The notes beneath the pieces were generated by a model, which made no database searches, was not told the DNA's origin, and saw only the letters and a list, made by a program, of their open reading frames with translations. From Octopus vulgaris (taxonomy: Eukaryota), in NCBI GenBank assembly GCA_951406725.2, contig OX597843.1, positions 3,968,001 to 4,032,000 on the forward strand: 64,000 nt of DNA, written 5' to 3'. Both the position numbers and the translations under genes were made by a program. Position 1 is the stretch's first letter, and every line of letters starts with the position of its first letter. Below, piece by piece: positions 57,385 to 64,000 of the stretch.

Positions 57385-58160
57385 CTTCCGGGTTCGGTCC
57401 CACTGCGTGGCACCTTGGGCAAGTGTCTTCTACTATAGCCTAAGGCTAATCAAAGCCTTGTCAATGGATTTGGTAGACGGAAACCGAAAGAAGCCTGTTT
57501 ATATTTTACACCGCCACAACCACCACCACCACCACCACCAACACCACCACCACACCACCAACACCACCACCACCACCACCACCACCAAAACCACCACCAC
57601 CAACACCACCACCACCACTACCGCCACCACCACCACCACCACCACCACCGCCACCGCCACCACCAACACCAACACCAACACCAACACCACCAACGACAAC
57701 ACCACCACCAACACCACCAAAACCACCACCGCCAACACCACCACCAACAACACCAACACCATCACCACCACTACCGCCACCACCACCACCACCACCACCA
57801 CTACCGCCACCACCACCACCACCACCACCACCACCACCAACACCACCAACACCACCACCACCACCACCACCACCACCACCACCACCACCAACACCACCAA
57901 AACCACCACCGCCAACACCACCACCAACAACACCAACACCACCACCACCACCACTACCGCCACCACCACCACCACCACCACCAATAACAACCGATGCTGG
58001 TGTGTTTACGTCCCTGTAACTTAGCGGTTCAGCAAAAAAGTAACCGATAGTATAAAAACTAAGATCTAGGCTTTAATTCCTTGGGGTCGATTTGCTCGAC
58101 TAAAAAGGCGGTGCTCCAACATGGCCACAGTCGAATGACTGAAACAAGTCAAAGAGTAAG
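57385..58160 (+). mobile_element. SINE family 1 whose central microsatellite is replaced by ~480 bp of (CAC/CAA)n
   Basis: Head part 57385-57500; 3' part resumes at ~57987. Confidence 0.75.
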
Positions 58161-58656
58161 AAAGCGTGCAAACACTTCTGTCAGCTTAACACTGTTTCGG
58201 TTAAGCACCAATAAAAATCCCAAGAGCTTCAGATCTGGTTTCAAGGCCAACAGCAAGAGTAGAAGATGGTTGTTATTGTTATTGTTGTTGTTGGTGGTGG
58301 TGGAGGTTGTGGTGGGACCGAATCTATTGACCGAAATAATGCTTGAAAATCCCGCATGCAGAAAGCGTTGACCCAGAGAATTAGTTTCAGGTTCCAGACA
58401 AAACGGTTTTTCCCAGTCACTGGCGTCCATCGCATTTTTGATGCCGTTGCTACCATCGCTGTTGTTGTTGTTGTTGCTGTTGTTGTTGTTGTTGTTGTTG
58501 TTGTTGCTGCTGTTTTTGTTGTTGTTATTGTTGTTGTTGTTGCTGTTGTTCTTTCGCCCAGGACAGCCCTAATCCAGCTAACCCATGATCAGAGATGATC
58601 CAGCCGTGGTCATCCCGCCTTCCGTTCAGACATCGCGAATCCAGAAATATGTTTCT

Positions 58657-59429
58657 TATTTCTTTATTGCTCACAAGGGGCTAAACACAGAAGGGACAAA
58701 CAAGGACAGACAAACGGATTAAGTCGATTATATCGACCCCAGCGCGTATTTAATCGACCCCGAAAGGATGAATGGCAAAGTCGACCTCGGCGGAATTTGA
58801 ACTCAGAACATAGCGACAGACGAAATACCTATTTGTTTACTACCCACAAGGGGCTAAACATAGAGGGGACGAACAAGGACAGCCAACCGATTTATGTCGA
58901 TTATATCGACCCCAGTGCGTAACTGGTACTTAATTTATCGACCCCGAAAGGATGAAAGGCAAAGTCGACCTCGGCGGAATTTGAACTCAGAACGTAACGG
59001 CAGACGAACTACTTATTTCTTTATTACCCACAAGGGGCTAAACACAGAGGGGACAAACAAGGACAGACAAACGGATTAAGGCGATTATATTGACCCCAGT
59101 GCGTAACTGGTACTTTATTTATCGACCCTGAAAGGATGAAAGGCAAAGTCGACCTCGGCGGAATTTGAACTCAGAACGTAACGGCAGACGAAATACCTAT
59201 TTCTTTACTACCCACAAAGGGCTAAACACAGAAAGGACAAACAAGGACAGACATAGGTATTAAGTCGATTATATCAACCCCAGTGCGTAACTGGTACTTA
59301 ATTTATCGACCCCGAAAGGATGAAAGGCAAAGTCGACCTCGGCGGAATTTGAACTCAGAACGTAACGGCAGACGAAATACGGCTACGCATTTCGCCCGGC
59401 GTGCTAACGTTTCTGCCAGCTCGCCGCCT
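58657..59429 (-). mobile_element. SINE family 4: one head plus four tandem body/tail units; related + strand pieces at 59430-59515 and 59968-60047
   Basis: Junctions at ~58828, 59012, 59197; head ggcggcgagctggcagaaacgttagc. Confidence 0.9.
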
Positions 59430-59649
59430 TAAGTACCAGTTGCGTACTGGGGTCGATATAATCGACTGGCCCCTTTCCCAAAAATTCCGGCCCTTGTGTC
59501 GAGAGTAGAAAAGAATATTTGAGGTTAGAAATCCTCTGAAGCACAGTCATTGTGATTTTCTCAATGTCAATTGTCTTTTCCAGTTTCTCTTCTTGAAACT
59601 CAAGTACTTAAGAGGTTAGTCATAAAGTTATCTTTGTGCGTCGCCCTCT

Positions 59650-59950
59650 GGAACCAACTAGAAATAGTTGCGTTATATTGTGGTCGGAAATAGCTTTTGG
59701 AATGACCTGGAGAATTGTGAACAAAGGGCCTATTGTTAGAAACGATTATGTCAAGTATGTTGCTTCCTCTGGTTGGATCTCAAACGATCTGCCGCATAAT
59801 GAGGGCTTTAGTGCTGTCGAGGAGAACTTCCATATCTGCCTTCTTTTAGTTGCGTGTTTTCCTGCTTGGATATCGCCATCAGGCCAGCTGGACTTAGGAA
59901 AATTAAGATCTCCTGTTTAAAGTTTATTAGCCTGTGGGTCAGCATCGTTT
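59650..59950 (-). pseudogene. Decayed APE-endonuclease domain of a CR1/L2-type LINE
   Basis: Manual translation TGDLNFPKSSW...DPTRGSNILDIIVSN...ISDHN shows the GDxN, PTR and SDH motifs. Confidence 0.8.
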
Positions 59951-60045
59951 CGAGAAACAGTTCTCTAGGCGAGCTGGCAGAAACGTTAGCACGCCGGGCG
60001 AAATGCTTAGCGGTATTTCGTCTGCAAAGCATTGTTCTGAGTTCA

Positions 60046-61151
60046 AATAGATCGATACTAGGGCTATAATTATGGGTGACAATTTCATAGGACACCGTTA
60101 CGAAAAATGGGATTTTTTTCTAGCGGTGTCAAATGAAAATATCACCCATAATTACGGCCCTAGTATCGATCTATTGCATTTCAATCTATTTTAGATTTAG
60201 GGTTAGTTAGGGTTAGTTGTGTTAGGGTTAGGGGTTGGGGAAGGGTATCTTTTTTTCTTCACAAATGTAAATAAACCCAATCTGTTTCTTAAAGGAGGAA
60301 CATATTCATTATGCACAGAATGTTATTTACGTCAATGGAGGTAATTGATTGGTTAAAATTGCCGAAATGCAAAAAATTTTAGACGAAATATCTTACAAAC
60401 TATAGAATTTTCTCAATAAAGCCAACAGAAAATGATGTTTTATAAAAACATTCTACCAGTATACGAAGTTTAAAACTTTTTAGTTACCTAGAAATTATGT
60501 TACAAAGTGCCGTTCAAAAGGAAAAGATCCTCGATCTATTGCATTTCAATCTGTTTTAGGGTTAGGTTAGTTAGGATTAGGGTTAGGGTTAGGGGTGGGT
60601 GGAAGGGTATCTTTTATTCTTCAGAAATGTAAATAAACCCAATCTGTTTCTTAAACGAGGGACATATTCATACGGCACAGAATGTTTTTTTTACCTCAAT
60701 AGACGTCAGTGATTGGTTGAAATTGCAGAAACTGAAGAAAAAACAAACAACAAATATCTTACAAACTATAGAATTTTCTCAATAAAGCCAAGAGACAAAG
60801 ATGTTTTATAAACACATTCTACCAGTATACGAAGTTTAAAAGCGTTTAGTTACGAGGAAAAATATTTTCAAAAACTGCCATTCAAACCGAAAAGATCCCT
60901 GTTTCTTAAACGAGGGACATATTCATACGGCACAGAATGTTTTCACCTCAATAGACGTCAGTGATTGGTTGAAATTGCAGAAATTGAAGGAAAAACAACA
61001 ACAAATATCTTAGAAACTATAGAATTTTCTCAATAAAGCCAAGAGAAAAAGATGTTTTATAAACACATTCTACCAGTATACGAAGTTTAAAAGTGTTTAG
61101 TTACGAGGAAAATTATTTTCAAAAACTGCCGGTCAAACCGAAAAAGATCCT
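60046..61151 (+). mobile_element. MITE-like element with internal TTAGGG repeats: three tandem partial copies plus a 130-bp palindrome at 60046-60175
   Basis: Copies end ...tcaaaccgaaaagatcc-like at ~60530, 60898, 61150, the inverse of ggatcctttcggtttgaacggc at 63979. Confidence 0.75.
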
Positions 61152-61433
61152 ATTTTTTTTTTTTTTCTCTCTGTTTCAAAACCGTAGCTCAAATTTGCAG
61201 GAACATTCTAGCATATTCTGTGAACTTCCACTAGTTTTCCAATGAGATAACCATTGTTTAATTACAACTAAGACCGCTTATCTCTAGTTCTCACACCCTA
61301 CCACCACCACCACCACCACCTACCACTACTACTATTACTATTACTACTACTACTGCTGCTGTTAATACTGAAAGCTAATGAAAAAGCCTGTATATCCGGT
61401 TTCTTTCTAAGCCTAAATAACAAATTTGTATGA

Positions 61434-61468
<35 letters not shown>

Positions 61469-61527
61469 TGTATGTGTGTATGTCCGTGTGTATATGTGTG
61501 TGACATAGATAGTTATAAATATAAACA

Positions 61528-61567
<40 letters not shown>

Positions 61568-61571
61568 GAGA

Positions 61572-61605
<34 letters not shown>

Positions 61606-61685
61606 AGCAGAATTAACGGAAGTACAGTTTATAACTAAACACACGCACACACACACACATACACACACACACACATACGTATAGG

Positions 61686-61745
61686 TGCGCGTGCGCAACC
61701 TCCGCCTCTATATATAAGGAAGCCACTTGTTGCCATGTGTCATAC
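61686..61745 (+). promoter_or_regulatory. Candidate core promoter (NRF1-like palindrome, TATA, Inr-like)
   Basis: TGCGCGTGCGCA at 61686-61697, TATATAAG at 61711-61718, TCATAC with its A 31 nt after the TATA start. No downstream gene identified. Confidence 0.25.
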
Positions 61746-61915
61746 GTACAACTTCAGTTGTCGAATGCGCAACTTCTCTCCGCAATTGGAAATAGAAAGC
61801 CCGTATTATATATACACTTTGCTACAAATCCTTTCACACCCTAAAGTAAGTATACATACGTACTGTACCCATATATGCATGTGTATACATATAGATGTAG
61901 GTATGTACATATATG

Positions 61916-61963
<48 letters not shown>

Positions 61964-62025
61964 AATTATTTATATTATTATATGATCGAACGCCACACAT
62001 CCTTTTCCAAGTATATATATATGTA

Positions 62026-62632
62026 TACTCTTTTACTCTTTTACTTGTTTCAGTCATTTGACTGCGGTCATGCTGGAGCACCGCCTTTAATCGAGCAACT
62101 CGACCCCGGGACTTATTCTTTTGTAAGTCCAGTACTTATTCTGTCGATCTCTTTTGCCGAACCGCTAAGTGACGGGAACATAAACACACTAGCATCGGTT
62201 GTCAAGCAATGCTAGGGGGACGAACACAGACACAAACACACACACAGAATATATATATATATATATACAATATATACGACGGGCTTCTTTCAGTTTCCGT
62301 CTACCAAATCCACTCACAAGGCTTTGGTCGGCCCGGGGCTATAGCAGAAGACACTTGCCCAAGGTGCCACGCTGTGCACTGAACCCGGAACCATGTGGTT
62401 GGTAAACAAGCTACTTACCACACAGCCACTCTTACTCTTTTACTTGCTTCAGTCATTTGACTGCGGTCATGCTGGAGCACCGCCTTTAATCGAGCAACTC
62501 GACCCCCGGGACTTATTCTTTTGTAAGCCCAGTACTTATTCTATCGGTCTCTTTTGCCGAACCGCTAAGTAACGGGGACGTAAACACACCAGCAATGCTA
62601 GAGGGACAAACACAGACACGCAAACACACACA

Positions 62633-62635
<3 letters not shown>
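62026..62635 (-). mobile_element. SINE family 1 full copy (62026-62432) plus tandem 3' half (62433-62635)
   Basis: Matches other family 1 copies. Confidence 0.88.
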
Positions 62636-62693
<58 letters not shown>

Positions 62694-62945
62694 TGTCCCA
62701 TATATATAGGAGACGATACTTCGAACCACCTGTGTGGTACCTTCCAAGCCATTCCTGTGTTGGACCTATTCTTGTGTACCGCTGGCAATTTTCCCTCTGT
62801 CTTCCCTTCTCTGGATCTTTCCTTCTCCTATGTTTCCGACGAAGAGCTAAACGTAAACCCTTTCTTTCCAGCGTCCAATAATACTATATTTGTTCCACGT
62901 CCTCGTTGTGTTTTTTTTGTGCTTTCTTGTTTGGATTAACTATAT

Positions 62946-63005
<60 letters not shown>

Positions 63006-63278
63006 TGTCCCATATATATACAAAATGGGACAAGAACGCAAAACGTCCAGGAGACGATACAAAAAACACGGACGGGTCATTCTTTAATCTTCAGTCAAGG
63101 ACCGGATCATCCTCGCAATTTCGGCTCTGTGTGTGTGTGTGTTTGAAGCCTTGATGAAACAGTAAGGGTGTTAATGAGATACTTAGCTAACGAAGCTCAC
63201 AATAATTTATTTCATCGGCGCAATTCTGCTTTCACCATCCCATACGAACCGTCATGTCTTTTATTATTATTATTATTA

Positions 63279-63333
<55 letters not shown>

Positions 63334-63351
63334 TACTATTATTATTATTAT

Positions 63352-63476
63352 TCTATGTTTGACATTTGCTTTATGTCTGTTACAAGTTGGCTCCAGGTCT
63401 CACCCGGAGACCTCAAGAGACAACAGGTTGGAAGTTCACGTTGTTGTTTATGCCTAGTGTGCCATATATTTGGTTT
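63352..63476 (-). mobile_element. Possible 3' UTR of a (TAA)n-targeting RLE LINE (Dong/R4-like)
   Basis: Short complex sequence flanked on both sides by (TAA)n; family guess from context only. Confidence 0.35.
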
Positions 63477-63499
63477 ATTATTATTATTATCATTATTAC

Positions 63500-63545
<46 letters not shown>

Positions 63546-63867
63546 GTTCTTATTATTATTTTTGAAATTACCAGAATATTTATGCAAATTTCTGTTCTAC
63601 ACTCCGCAATTCATACGATTAAGCAAATCAAAAAAAATTTATTTTTTTTCCGTGTGTGATCTAAGAACGATTCATTGACCTATTATTTCCAGCAAATCTA
63701 ATCCAACGACTACCATTGTTTAGTCACTCTCACATCTAGCAATGTTTATCAAAATATTATTCTTTTTCCCGTTCACACATTTAATGGAATGACGATGCGT
63801 CTAAGGGTACATTTTCTCATAGTTCAAAGGGGTTTTATAAGGTGCTTAGACCAAAATTCCGTCATTC

Positions 63868-64000
63868 GGAACTTCTCGGTTTGAACGGCAGTTTTTTCTA
63901 GCAGTGTCATATGAAATTGTCACCCATAATTATGACCCTAGTATCAATCTATTGCATTTCAATCTGTTTTAGGGTTAGGGATCCTTTCGGTTTGAACGGC
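63868..64000 (+). mobile_element. Left end of the TTAGGG-containing MITE-like element; a second copy starts at ~63979
   Basis: cggtttgaacggcagttttttctagcagtgtcatatgaaattgtcacccataatt matches 60115-60200. Confidence 0.75.

Noticed and set aside
60197-60600. True telomere or chromosome-fusion site
   Set aside because: Only a few imperfect TTAGGG units, at a fixed internal position of a repeated element.

Overview
This is eukaryotic, repeat-saturated DNA. The tRNA-derived SINE families and dense (TA)n/(GATA)n/(CAC)n microsatellites point to an Octopus (coleoid cephalopod) genome; that assignment is my recognition, not a database hit. I found no convincing host protein-coding gene: the ORF track is almost entirely microsatellite translations and decayed transposon fragments. 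Positions 1-21.6 kb are a composite higher-order macrosatellite built from Helitrons, a CR1-type LINE fragment and Penelope-like pieces that carry minimal hammerhead-ribozyme folds. The rest holds Tx1/L1, CR1, RTE, RLE-type LINE, mariner/Tc1, hAT and MITE remnants plus four SINE families. Many of these fragments have been amplified into local tandem arrays, including a 17-copy RTE 3'-end array with read-through ORFs. The most interesting signals are (i) several distinct minimal type-I hammerhead folds, one with a family-fixed non-canonical CUGUCGA core; (ii) a Tx1-tailed SINE that appears to insert at GGTA, including into its own head; (iii) the Helitron-rich macrosatellite with filled and empty insertion sites; (iv) the RTE-derived satellite. 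All coordinates were read by eye and repeat edges are approximate.
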